64,000 bases of DNA from Mobula hypostoma (lineage: Eukaryota): positions 203,300,001-203,364,000 of the forward strand of contig NC_086100.1 in assembly GCF_963921235.1 (NCBI RefSeq), in the 5' to 3' direction. A program made the translations under genes and the position numbers. How positions within the stretch are numbered: position 1 is the first letter of the stretch; each line of letters starts with the position of its first letter. The notes below the pieces were generated by a model. That model saw nothing but the letters and a program-made list of their open reading frames with translations. It made no database searches and was not told where the DNA came from. Of the stretch, positions 38,708 through 51,331 are shown in pieces.

Positions 38708-39606
38708 TTAATTTAATGGCGATTGTGATCCTCTCTCTTGGAAAGTGCGGACTCTCTAAATGCATCTCCCGCTACCTGGTGGGAATGGCAACCGCTGATT
38801 TAATGTGTGTTATCATTGCTATTGTACTCGACCAGATCAATAGCATTTATCTTTATGCCCGTGCTTTGCTCATTGCCCCGATTTGCGCCGCGACACTTGT
38901 CCTGAGGCTCGCAGCCATGGACTGTTCTGTCTGGTTCACGGTGGCTTTCACGTTCGATCGCTGTATTGCAATCTGCAGTCAAAAGCTGCGACAAGAATAC
39001 TGCACCGAGAGGACAGCTACTATCGTGTTAGTAATTGTTGGTTTAGGCAGTTGTGCGAGGCGTGTTCCGTTATACTTTCTGGTAGAACCTTACGTTATCA
39101 TTGACAACGTACCCTGGCGATGCATTGTCAAAGCTGAATACTTTAATTTACCACTGTGGAGAGCATTCCAGTTGTTCAACACTGTCACTACACCTTTACT
39201 GCCAATCGGCTTAATGGTACTCTTTAATGCATTAACAGTCAGTTATATTGTATCGGCAAACAGAGTCCGCCGGGGGCTCAGGAACAGCACAGAGAATGAG
39301 AAAGATCCTGAGGTGAAGAACAGGAGAAAGTCAATGATTTTGTTATTCGCTGTATCAGCTAATTTCATATTGTTATGGATTCCCTATATTACATATGCTA
39401 TTAACTGGCAAATACAGAATTACTTTTACACGGACAGATACTTGAATACCCCGAAGTATATTCTGCAACAGTTTGGGTACATGCTGCAGTTTCTTTGCAC
39501 CTGTACGAATACGTGTATTTACACTCTGTCGCAACGGAAATTCAGGAAGCAGCTGAAGAATGCAGTCAAACATGCAGTTACGTTATACTTCCGGCTCTGC
39601 AGCTGA
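38708..39606 (+). CDS. GPR139/GPR142-like class A GPCR, coding exon 2 (TM1 end to C-terminus); spliced protein 322 aa
   Basis: Polypyrimidine tract + TTTGCAG acceptor ending at 38707; open to TGA at 39606. Seven hydrophobic segments with rhodopsin-family landmarks: MATADL (TM2), FTFDRC (DRY-like), LLPI (TM5), RRKSMILL...LLWIP (TM6), CTNTCIY (NPxxY-like), and Cys in TM3/ECL2. Orthology not established, so no symbol is given. Confidence 0.9.
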
Positions 39607-39642
39607 AATGAAAATCAAATTGTAAACTTTAATAGGAGTTCA

Positions 39643-39648
39643 AATAAA
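39643..39648 (+). promoter_or_regulatory. Candidate polyadenylation signal of the GPCR gene
   Basis: AATAAA 37 nt after the stop codon. Confidence 0.45.
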
Positions 39649-40068
39649 TTTCTATATCATCCATATGTCAGGTAAAGGTGCCGATATTAATGTAGGTAGG
39701 TGAGCGAACGTTAGTAGCTTCTCATCTCCAGAAAAATTACTTCAGTTAAGTGGGGAAACTTCACCGACGAATTATGAGACGCTGATGTAATTGTTATATC
39801 AGGAAGTTGTGTTCAGAACTTTTGTACTAATGCCGGAATCGGCCAGAGAACCACGTAATGCCAGCGTAAATTTACTAGTTCTTTAATATCACCGGATCAT
39901 CGAGTGCTCCAGAGAAATAGGTGGCAATGGAAAATAAAAATACCTGGAATATGAAAACCTGGCGTCAGTTAAAGTAGTTAAAGTCAGCTGGGATCCCTAT
40001 AATTTCCATTGTAGTAATTAAAAACAGATACCAGCATTGCCATTTTGTTCAGAAACAGTGCGGTCATT

Positions 40069-41516
40069 TAGAAACATAGAAACATAGAAAATAGGTGCAG
40101 GAGTAGGCCATTCGGCCCTTCGAGCCTGCACCGCCATTTATTATGATCATGGCTGATCATCCAACTCAGAACCCAGCCTTCCCTCCATACCCCCTGACCC
40201 CTGTAGCCACAAGGGCCATATCTAACTTCCTTTTAAACATAGCTAATGAACTGGCCTCAACAGTTTGCTGTGGCAGAGAATTCCACAGATTCACCACTCT
40301 CTGTGTGAAGAAGTTTTTCCTAACCTCGGTCCTAAAAGGCTTCCCCTCTATCCTCAAACTGTGACCCCTCGTTCTAGACCTCCCCAACATCGGGAACAAT
40401 CTTCCCGCATCTAGCCTGTCCAATCCCTTTAGGATCTTATACGTTTCAATCAGATCCCCCCTCAATCTTCTAAATTCCAACGAGTACAAGCCCAGTTCAT
40501 CCAGTCTTTCTTCATATGAAAGACCTGCCATCCCAGGAATCAATCTGGTGAACCTTCTTTGTACTCCCTCTATGGCAAGGATGTCTTTCCTCAGATTAGG
40601 GGACCAAAACTGCACACAATACTCCAGGTGTGGTCTCACCAAGGCCTTGTACAACTGCAGTAGTACCTCCCTGCTCCTGTACTCGAATCCTCTCGCTATA
40701 AATGCCAGCATACCGTTCGCCTTTTTCACCGCCTGCTGTACCTGCATGCCCACTTTCAATGACTGGTGTATAATGACACCCAGGTCTCGTTGCACCTCCC
40801 CTTTTCCTAATCGGCCACCATTCAGATAATAATCTGTTTTCCTATTTTTGCCACCAAAGTGGATAACTTCACATTTATCCACATTAAATTGCATCTGCCA
40901 TGAGTTTGCCCACTCACCCAACCTATCCAAGTCACCCTGCATCCTCTTAGCATCCTCCTCACTGCTAACACTGCCACCCAGCTTCGTGTCATCCGCAAAC
41001 TTGGAGATGCTGCATTTAATTCCCTCATCCAAGTCATTAATATATATTGTAAACAACTGGGGTCCCAGCACTGAGCCTTGCGGTACCCCACTAGTCACCG
41101 CCTGCCATTCTGAAAAGGTCCCGTTTATTCCCACTCTTTGCTTCCTGTCTGCTAACCAATTCTCCACCCACACCAATACCTTACCCCCAATACCATGTGC
41201 TTTAAGTTTGCACACTAATCTCCTGTGTGGGACCTTGTCAAAAGCCTTTTGAAAATCCAAATATACCACATCCACTGGTTCTCCCCTATCCACTCTACTA
41301 GTTACATCCTCAAAAAATTCTATGAGATTCGTCAGACATGATTTTCCTTTCACAAATCCATGCTGACTTTGTCCGATCATTTCACCGCTTTCCAAATGTG
41401 CTGTTATCACATCCTTGATAACTGACTCCAGCAGTTTCCCCACCACCGACGTTAGGCTAACCGGCCTATAATTCCCCGGTTTCTCTCTCCCTCCTTTTTT
41501 AAAAAGTGGGGTTACA
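40069..41516 (-). mobile_element. CR1 family C, 5'-truncated, GGKAGF subfamily without the stop
   Basis: ORF 40166..41563 open through RT; tail repeat. Confidence 0.95.
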
Positions 41517-42159
41517 ACGCGAAGGTTAAAACAACCGACAAGCGAAGCCTTACTCCGACACATAACGGGTCATTATGAGCGGATTATTGAAGTGGGATAG
41601 TATCCAAAATACCTCTATGGAGTGATAATTAATGCTTTTCAAAGGCTAGCGGGAAGACAGGAGAAAGAAGTTCAGAGATATAACCAATCAGACATGAAGT
41701 AATGGCTGGGCAGACAATGTTTCGAATGACAGAATTATGCCGCTATGCCTTGGGGTCTTATCGAAGAAATTAGGTCAAGGCGGAGCTAAAATATAAGTAA
41801 TCATATCGAGAAGGAGGGTGAATGAGAAAATGAATGACGAGAGGGCAGCGTTTTGTGCAGAAAGAAGGCACAGATTTCATATCGGAATAAAGTATGGGGC
41901 GGGGGGGGGGGGCTGGATAACAACCGATGGCGTAGAATACACAGAAAACGTTGCACAAATGACGTCACTGGATGTTAACACATCACTTCCAGCTGTCATT
42001 GTTAACTATGTGAACCCGAAATAGCATGAGATCCGGCAGCTCGAATTATCCTTTCGTAAGGTTTCCACGGAACTTCATACCCATTCAGATTTCGAGAAAT
42101 GGTGATGCATTCCCCTATAAGTTGATCACTTATCTAATTTTCTTTGCCCCAAAGTAACA

Positions 42160-43335
42160 TGCCTGAAACGACTGGCGTCCTGCCGCACAACCGATCGACA
42201 GAAGACGCAGTACCCACAAGTCGGCACACTGTCCTTACACAGCTGAGAATGCTGGTCTTGGACTACAGTTCAGCATTCAACACCATAATTCCTCTAGACT
42301 CGGCAAGAAGCTCAGATGCATTGGCCGTCACCCTGCCTTGTGGAGCTATATCCTGGACTTCCTGGCAGATCGCCGGAAGGTGGTAAGAGTGGGATCCCTC
42401 AGCTCTGCCCCTCTGACACTCAAAACAGGTGCACCTCAGGGCTGCAAATGAAGCGCCCTCCTTTAATCCCTGTATAGCCTTGACTGTGTCATCACTCACA
42501 GATCCAATCTGCTAAGTAAATTTGCTGATACCACTACCCTGATTGTGCTAATCTCAAATAATAATTAGGTAGCACACAGACAGCCTACAGCGCTGTCAGA
42601 AAAACAACCTCTCCCTCAGCGTCGCAAAAACAAAGGGGCTGGTTGTGGACTACCGAGGAATGGAGATAGGTTAACCCCTATTGACATAAATGAATCAGGG
42701 GTTGAGAGGATGAAGAGCATTAAGTTCCCGGACATAGTCATCACCGAGAATCTCATGTGGTCTGTGCAGACCAGCTGTGTGGTGAAAAGGGCACAAGAAC
42801 GCTTCTTCCTCCTCAGTCGATTGAGAAAAGTTTAATAATGGCCCCCAAATCCTGAGAGCTTTCTTTAGTGGCTCTTTTGAGTGGATCCTTGCTGGTTCCA
42901 TCCCTGCCTGGTATGGGAACTATACTCCCCTCAATCACAGGACAATGCAGAGAGTGGTGCAGACAGCCCAGTACATCTGTAAATGCGAACTTCCCACTGT
43001 TCAGGACATTTACACATACAGCTGTGTAAGAAGGGCCCGAAGGATCATTGGAGACCCAAGTCACCCCAACCACAAACTGTTCCTGCTGCTACCATCCTGG
43101 AAAGGGTACCACAGCATAAAAGCCAGGACCAACAGGCTCCGGGACGGCTTCTACCACCAGGCCATTCATGCTGACGCAACTGTGGTTCTATGTTATACTG
43201 ACTATGCTGTTGAACATATTATTTACAATATATTACCATAATTTCACATTGCATGTTTTGAATGGAAACGTAAAATAAACATATGTCCTCCTCATGTATA
43301 TGAGGTATGTAAGTAATAAAGTTAATTCAATTCAA
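42160..43335 (+). mobile_element. Rex1/Babar-type LINE, decayed RT and 3' end
   Basis: NRSTEDA, DYSSAFNTIIP, TGAPQG, DPSHPNHKLF..LPS..R peptides; AATAAA followed by an (ATTCA)n tail. Confidence 0.82.
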
Positions 43336-43989
43336 TTTTCTCGTAATTAAAACGCCAATCTGCAGAGACGGCGAATTCTATGTATCCCGTCGGTTACTGT
43401 AGTGTATTTAAATTTTAGTAAATTTCATTGCACTCCAGAAAAGGGCTTGACCAATAGCCTTAAGGAACAGGTGCTGAACCTTATTACAACAGCTTGAGAG
43501 AAAGAAATTTCAGCGTCAGGAGGCAGTCTGGTCACACCATTGCTATCGCTGTTTCATTTTTTGTTCCGTGTACTCTATGTGTCCACAGTACAAATGATAG
43601 GTGTTGATAGGCAGTCAGATCCTCAATGGCTGACGAGTTGGAGAAACAGGAAAATAATCCGTTATGCTGGAATCCAAAGCGACACACACGCAGAGAGCTG
43701 GAGGAATTCAACAGGTTAGGCATTATCTTTGGAAACGAGTAATCACGTAATTCGCTACACAAGATACTGGATCCCCGTCCTTTCAATTGTATGCATTTAG
43801 CGTTGAGATAAATCCAGGTGACGCTGAAAAAGTTACCGAGCTCTCTGATAATACACGAGTAACGATAATAGAATTAATGGAAACCGTTGGTAGATTTTTC
43901 TACCTTGTGTTGTTGGCAAGAATGCTTTATTTCTTAGGGAAAGAGACATGGAACTGATGCTCTGACATCATTCTGCGATTGTTTGACGT

Positions 43990-44860
43990 TCAGGCAATCG
44001 GATATAGGAGCAGAATGGATCATGTGGTCCATCGAATCTACTCTGCCATTGCATCATGCCTGACTCACATTCTCTCTCAGACCTAATCTCCCGCCTTATC
44101 CCAGTGTCCCTTCATGCCCTGCTAATTAAGAATTTAACCACACCCTTCCTTAAATATGCCCAATGACCTGCCCCCGCAACTGCCTAACACAACGAATTCC
44201 ACAGATACAAAACTCTCTGGGTCAAGCAGCTCCTCCTCATCTCCGTTCGAAATGGATGTCCCTCTGTGCTGAGGAAGCCTACTTTTAACTTTTATTCGCC
44301 AAACATAGAAAATATCCTCTCCATATCCACTGAATTGAGGAATTTCTACTTTCGATAGGTTGCAGTGAGATCCGGCACTCCTCCATTCTTTTGAATCCCT
44401 CTGATTTCTGATCTCTAATAATCAACCGCTCCTCATATGATCTGCCTTTCAATTCGGAATCAGTTTCTTGAAACTCCTCTGAGCACTCCTCAATGTCAGT
44501 ACTTCACTTCTTAAGTAAGGGGCAGAAAAATGCTCAAAATATTCCATCTAAGGTCTCAACAGTGCCTATATAAAGGCTCAAAATTACTCCCTTGCCTCTA
44601 TATTCCAGTCCTCTCGAAATGAATGGAAACATTGCACTTACCGGTTTCCACCGACACAACCTACACATTAACCTTTCAGCGGCGAATCCTGAACTAGGCT
44701 CGCACGTTCATTTGCAGCTCCGTTTTAATTTATTATTGAAAACCTGCCCACGTATAAAATAATCTACGCTTTTATTTCGTAAGTCAAAATGCATGTCATG
44801 CAATTCCAGACTTCCAGACACTGTCATCTAACACTAATGTCCCATTCTCTTCATCTCTCT
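43990..44860 (-). mobile_element. Highly decayed CR1 3' region
   Basis: Collinear residual similarity to 10415-11250. Confidence 0.6.
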
Positions 44861-44864
44861 AAAC

Positions 44865-46826
44865 CAGGGGTGTCAAACTCATTTTAGGTCACGGGCCGGA
44901 TTGGGCAAAATGCGACTTCACACGGACCGGATCAGTTGTGCACGCGTGTGCTCCCACAGCTTTCATTGCCTTCGTTTTTCAACCTGCTCTCATGTGTCTC
45001 AGTCTCTGCTGTAACTACAAAGTGTTTCACTTTCCGAATTTCGTTTCTTATGAAGAAGATTGCCTAGCAAGCATTATTTTTATGATTGGCATTAACTCAC
45101 AGTCGTAGGCTACAAGAAAGTTGTGATGAGAGAGAGAAAAAAATGATGCTATTATGGCTAAGATTGTTTTGGGAGCCACACCCTTTCCATTAATAGACCA
45201 TTTGAAATTGAACATTAGCAGACACAAATGTAGACCTAACGAAACAAATTGTAAATGTAGGCTACACAACGGCCCTAAATTTTATTAGCCTGCTTCCAGC
45301 GATCAAACTCAGACAATGAACAGAGTTAGCCTCTAATTTTTATTGAAGTGTTCACATTTACAATAATAGAATAGTCAGAAGATGAATGATGAATCACAAT
45401 GTTATGACACCTTATATTTCACAATGCATTTTGCTTACATGTCGCAGTGCATCGAACAGTGTCACTCATTTTTCACTTGCTGCTTCCAGACACCTGATAT
45501 CTCTTGGCTTTAACTAACCTGTCAACATCAGGGACCAGTTTCTGGGCAGTTATAATTTTCATAATGTCATTTAGATGTCTGTATGTCAGCTGTGAGTGCA
45601 GTTTGGATTTGTTAATGTTCATTATGGAGAACACCTGCTCAGAGATATGTCGTCCCGAACATGCAAAGGATCTCTGAGGCAAAGTCTGACATCTTTGGGT
45701 ACATCGGTCCCAGGTTTTGATAGAATGAGTCCAGACCCACAGTCTCAAATTTATATTTCAAAGCCGACTTACAATGAATTTCAATTAGTTCTATTTAGAG
45801 CTCCTCCGGCCCATTGATGCTGCGTTGATGGCAAACGGCGAGCAAAATAGTGAGAATTCCTTCTCCAGCTGAGTGAAGACTTGGAAACGATTCTGAAACT
45901 CACTTTTCAGCAGTGATATTTTCTCCTTGTACCTGTCCATGTTGTCATTATTCCCATGAGCGACACGCACAGACTGCAAAGAGGGGAAATGAGCTGGGTT
46001 GCTCCAGAATAGTGCATCTCCCACAGGCCTAATTTAATTTGAAAGACACAAATGCTGTCGTAGTATTCCGTAACATTTAAGTGCTCTGTTATATCCACCA
46101 AAAATGCAAGATCATGAAGCCAGTCTGGGTCATTCAACTCTGCTACCGGTTTCCCTTTCTCGTTCATGAATAATTCATTTTCCGCACGTAATTGAAAAAA
46201 ACGTTTGAGCACAACCCCTCTGCTCAACCAGCGGACTTCAGTGTGGTAGGGTAGGCCGTGTCCAACATTACTTTCGGACAAAAGAGTGTCAAATTGCCGA
46301 TGGTTGAGTCCCTTGACTCTAATAAAATGAACCGTTTGGATTACTACATCCATAACATTGTCCATTTTCAGGCTCCTGCTACATAACGCCTCTTGGTGTC
46401 TAATACAAGGAAAATTCCAGAATTCCTGCTCTGAATTCTCTGTCTGAACTTTCTCTGAGTTTCCCAACAACACCTGCCTTTTTCCCGACCATGGACGGTT
46501 TGCCATCTGTTGCCACGCTGACAGAGTGACTCCAGTCAACCCCCAGTCTGTCCAAGGCCTCGACGATGCTGGAGAAAACGTCGTTCGCTGTTATGGTGTT
46601 TGTCATGGGCACCACCTCCACATTCTCCTCGGTGACGGTCAAAGATACATCAACACCACGAATAAATGCTCCCAATTGTGCTACATCAGTCACGTCGGTG
46701 CTCTCATCAATTGTAATAGAGAAGGCAATTAATGACTTCACTTTGTCTTTTAATTGACTATTCAAATCTCCTGCAAGGACCGCGATTCTCTCTGTCACAG
46801 TATTTGACAAGCTGATATTACCAAAG
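44865..46826 (-). mobile_element. hAT (Buster/Charlie, GTF2IRD2-like) DNA transposon; frameshifted transposase, 5' part missing
   Basis: TIR CAGGGGTGTCAAACTC at 44865; transposase motifs DESTD, TDG.PSM, C..HQEALC, HTEVRWLSRG, LAFLVDITEHLN and EQVFSIMN in ORFs 45473-46810. Confidence 0.9.
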
Positions 46827-48835
46827 TGAAATAACGGGGGTGCTGGGAGCGGACCAAAATGTAAGACACAGACACCGAAGTAGTAGGAACATGACTAGGA
46901 CTAGAGTTAGGGACATGGCAGGACACAGACTTGAGCTATGACTTGGCTAGGAAAGCGGAACCAGGACAAGGGACTAGGAACTAGGAGCCTGGGCTAGGAC
47001 TCAGAGCCAGAGACTGGACAAGGACCCATAACCTGGGTCTTGACCCGGGTTCGCACCCGGAAAGAGGCGATGTCGTAATGTGGCTGCAGGACTGGACATG
47101 GCTTGGGTTCCTCGTGGCTTGGCTACAGGACTAGTCGAGGCTTAGGTTCTTCGTGGCTTGGGTATGGATTCCGAGCCAGAGACTGGGCAACGACCCAGAG
47201 CCTAGGTCTTCACTCGGGTTTAGACTCCAGAACTAGGCGAAGACATGACGTGGCTACAGGACTGGACGTGGAACTCCTTCACAGGACGATGCACATGAAC
47301 AGGACGAGAACCCGTAGCCTTGATTTGGTCTTTGGAGAACAGAAAACACAGAACTGTCCTCTTGGCAGAGATAGGAAGAGAGGGACATGGTCTTTGCAGA
47401 ACAGGAACTCAGAGACTTGGTCTTGTGTTACGTAACCGGCAACAATGAATATCAATCGAGACAGGGTATATAAAACCATCCAAACATTTATTAAACACGT
47501 ATAAACGATAAGGGGGAAAAAAGCAAAGTTAAACTTTAACCGGAGGTTAACAGGTATGCAGTCGTTCACCAACTCCACTCGGCTCTGGTTCTTAAAGCGT
47601 TAAAGGCGAAAACGGTTCTTAAAGCGATACAGTCAGATATAGTTTCTTAAAGCGATAACTTCGAAAGTCCAACAGTTTTACACATTCAATTGGGAGAGAC
47701 TTCTGTGGAGAAGATTTCTTCACAGACGCACCTTTACTGCTGGTTCTGTCTACAGGATCCCCGATGCCGAAAATAAACAGTTTAAATCGACTGACCTTAA
47801 ATTCTTTTAGAGAGGGAGAGCACCTTTTTGCATGAACTCATTGCCCTTTTGCAAGAGTTATCTCGATGCAGGTTCTCTCCAACGAAGACTCAATAAGGTC
47901 GATTGTTTATTAAACTGCCAAACGATGCCGACTTCTCTCGATCCTTCGATGAATTCTTCACTCTCCCTTCAAATGTCAGAATTGAGTAAATTGGCACTTC
48001 CAGCCACAACTTTCCAGTCCAATAATACAAATCGTGTTAGAGAACGCACCTTCCGTTTTAAAAATGAAACTGCGTCACAAAACCAAACACGCAACAGAAT
48101 CGCAGGCACAACACGTTCTACCTGGAAATCTACAAACTCAAAAATCCACTGCGTCACCTGAGTCGACCCTTATATAATCACGGGGCGCATCTCATCACAT
48201 GACCTCAAATCGGCGGGGAAATCATATCAGGTGACCTCCAAAAGACCATTACATCATAAAAAAAGAACAGATCTCCTTGAGCATGTAACACCTGGCAGAA
48301 CCAGAACACGGAGCCGTGGTCTTGGGAGAGACAGGAACACAGGGAAATGGACCACAGAGCCGGGACCCCTCTTTGGGAACAGGACATAGGGCAGGGACAC
48401 GTACATGGAACACAGAGACAGGACCCCTCCTTGGAAACAGGACTTGGGGACGGGGCTCTATTCCTGTCAGGACCCTTCCTAGGCAGGCGGTCGTAGGGTC
48501 AGGACCTGTCCTAGGGAGCAGGACGTAGGGCCGGGACTGGTACACAGAACACTCAGAGACAGTTCCCAACATAACGTAGCGGAAAACGGCCGGACCTACC
48601 TAGCGAAGGTGTGGACACAGAGACGGTTCTCAACACAAGGTAGCGACAGACGGCCGGACCTACCTAGCGAAGGCGTGGACACAGAGACAGTTCCAAACAA
48701 CGATGGACAGTTCCTTATCTAGACACAGCTCGGCTCCGGTCTTGCTTTGGTGGTAGAACCTGACAGCAATGCAGGCGGGGACGCAGACGAGGTTGCAGGC
48801 AAGGCTTCAGGCAAAGGCTTCAAGCAAGTACATCC
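46827..48835 (-). mobile_element. Partial Gypsy-type LTR with internal tandem repeats, interrupted by another LTR
   Basis: Left end resembles 51332-51400 and the reverse complement of 50010-50080. Confidence 0.65.
47426..48290 (-). mobile_element. Solo LTR (865 bp) nested in an LTR
   Basis: TGTTAC...GTAACA termini; 4-bp TSD CTTG/CCTG (one mismatch); minus-strand TATATAA at ~48171 and AATAAA at ~47487. Confidence 0.75.
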
Positions 48836-48839
48836 GAGT

Positions 48840-50080
48840 GCATCAGTGTCTGTGTCTTGCATTTGGGTGCACTTCCATCGCTTCCTTATGACAGAACGCC
48901 CTAGTCAAACATGGACCCAGCGGCACAGACACTGTCATTAAACTCTTGCCATCCAGTGTTCCCTCTTGTTTAAACACAAACACCACCCCCCACCCACCCG
49001 GCTCGTCATTAATCAGGGTAAGCCTGTCGGATCGCCAGGAATCTCCCATAGAGGGGTGAGAGGAGGTTACTGTCCGCATTCCAGTTGACCGTCCGGTCCG
49101 TGGATTCTGTATTCCGGCTATTGATTTTTCCCTTGTTCCGCTGGGCGCCGACATTGAGGCACCGGGGTTTCGTTTAGGGCTGTCAACATAAACAGCTCTG
49201 GGGCAGGTACTCCTTTCTGAACCGTCCTCGTCAGAAACCTCGTCAGAATCCCCGTCAAGTTAACTCGCCGGAGTGAGGCTAGTGCCGCTGTCTGTAGTAC
49301 ATGGGCCGCGTCGAGGGCTTGCCGCTACTTGGAGCCTTTTCCTATCAAGATAAAGAACAGTTTATCGTTGTGAGGTTTGGTCTCTCCGTATTCTCTCCTC
49401 CGCTGGGTAGGTCAGATCGTTTGCCCTGAGTGGGGAACGGTCTCAATATTTTGCACCCTGTATGTAAGAAAAGTACCGGCTCTGTGTCCTGTGTCCAATG
49501 GGGAGCCCGGCTCAGCGTTCCGTGTCCTGTGTCTAAGAAGAGACACTGTTCTACGTCCCGTGTCCAAAGGGGAGGCCCGGCTCAGCGTTCTGTGTCCTGT
49601 GTCTAAGAAGAGACCCGGCTCAGCGTTCTGTGTCCTGTGTCTAAGAAGAGACCCGGCTCTATGCCCTGTGTCAAAGGAGGAGACCCGGCTCAGTGGTCTG
49701 AGTCCTGTGTCTAAGTCAACACTGAGCCAAGTTTCACGTCCAGGACGAGAGCCAAGTTTCACGTCCAGTCCAAGCCAAGCCCGAGTCCAGTCCAAGCCAA
49801 GCCCGAGTCCAGTCAAGAGCCAAGTGTAGGCCCTGGTACCGAGACCTTGCCAAGACCCGAGTTCCGAGTCATGAACCGAGTTCCCTGTCAACTTCAATTC
49901 CCAAGTCCAAGTCCAGTTTTTCCGGTTTGCCACTCTTCACCTACTTTCGTGTTATCATTTTGTCCTCGTTCCTTGGCTCCCCTAGCATTCTTAATAAACA
50001 TAATCTAGTTCCTAGTACTGTACTGTAATTTAGTGTCTGTGACTTGCGTTTGGATCCGCTTCCTTCACCCCGTTATGGCA
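48840..50080 (+). mobile_element. Internally deleted Gypsy-type element: LTR end + 177-bp internal region + LTR
   Basis: LTR end ...TTATGACA (48893), then GAACG...ATGGACCCAGCG (MDPA, gag-like start), a purine tract before TGTCC at 49071, and a second LTR ending ...TTATGGCA containing ~38-bp tandem units. Confidence 0.6.
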
Positions 50081-50612
50081 CATTACTATCACACCAGTAT
50101 CAGCTTTTCAGTGGTCCATTCAATTCTCGCCTCTTTTTATTCTTTATATTATTTAATCAAAACAATTTTGTATCATGCTTTATATTATTTCATTGTCTGC
50201 CCTAGTATTTCATCTCGTCCCTTCTGATAGCTTTTTAGATATTTTTGGTTGGATTTTAAAAGCGTCCCTATCCCCCAACATCCTACTCACTTTTGCTTCT
50301 TTACATTCCCTTTTCTTGGCAATTATTCAACACTCAACTTCTTTTTGTCTGCCACATTTGCCAACGGCTACCATTGGAGAACTCCTTCCTCTGTTGGATA
50401 TGTCTATCCTGCGCCTTGCGAACTATCCGCAGAAACTGCAGCCATTTCTGCTCCGCCATTATCATCGCCAATATCCTCTTACAATGCATTCGGGCAAGTT
50501 CCTCTCTAATGTCTTTGTAATTTACTTTATTCCATTGCGATACAGACTCATGGAAGTTATGATCCCCCATCTCAAATTCGATTATGAATTCAATTGCACA
50601 ATTCACTCCCTC

Positions 50613-51002
50613 CTGATTGAAACGTATAAGATCCTAAAGGGATTGGACAGGCTAGATGCAGGAAGATTGTCCCCGATGTTGGGGAAGTCCAGAACGAGGG
50701 GTCACAGTTTGAGGATAGAGGGGAAGCCTTTTAGGACCGAGATTAGGAAAAACTTCTTCACACAGAGAGTGGTGAATCTGTGGAATTCTCTGCCACAGGA
50801 AACTGTTGAGGCCAGTTCATTGGCTATATTTAAGAGGGAGTTAGATATGGCCCTTGTGGCTACGGGGGTCAGGGGGTATGGAGGGAAGGCTGGGGCGGGG
50901 TTCTGAGTTGGATGATCAGCCATGATCATAATAAATGGCGGTGCAGGCTCGAAGGGCCGAATGGCCTACTCCTGCACCTATTTTCTATGTTTCTATGTTT
51001 CT
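50613..51002 (+). mobile_element. CR1 family C, short 3' fragment
   Basis: Near-identical to 18571-18960; tail repeat. Confidence 0.95.
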
Positions 51003-51331
51003 AATTGGTGCTTTACGTTAAGCTACCTAATAAGATCTGGGTTATTACACAACACCAGATCTTAATTATAATTCTCTCTCGTAGACTGAAGCACAAGCTG
51101 CTCTAAAAGTCATCTGTAACTCACACATTACATTAGCTGATATTTGGAGTACCCTATATGATTCCCATAATGTTTGTATTTTACTCTTGCGTTCTCTTAA
51201 TTCCACCCGCAAAGATTCAACATTCTCTGACCCTATGTCATTTGTTTCTAAAGTTCTCGTTCCATCCCTCACCAATAGAGCCATGCTGCCGCCCATGCCT
51301 TCCTGCCTGTGCTTTGACTACAACGTATATT

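Noticed and set aside
49470..49820. Regularly spaced ~38-bp repeats resembling a CRISPR array
   Set aside because: Units are contiguous with no unique spacers, lie within an LTR, and the DNA is vertebrate with no cas genes.
50175..50906. 243-aa ORF with a hydrophobic N-terminus
   Set aside because: Chance fusion of antisense old CR1 sequence to a family C 3' fragment.
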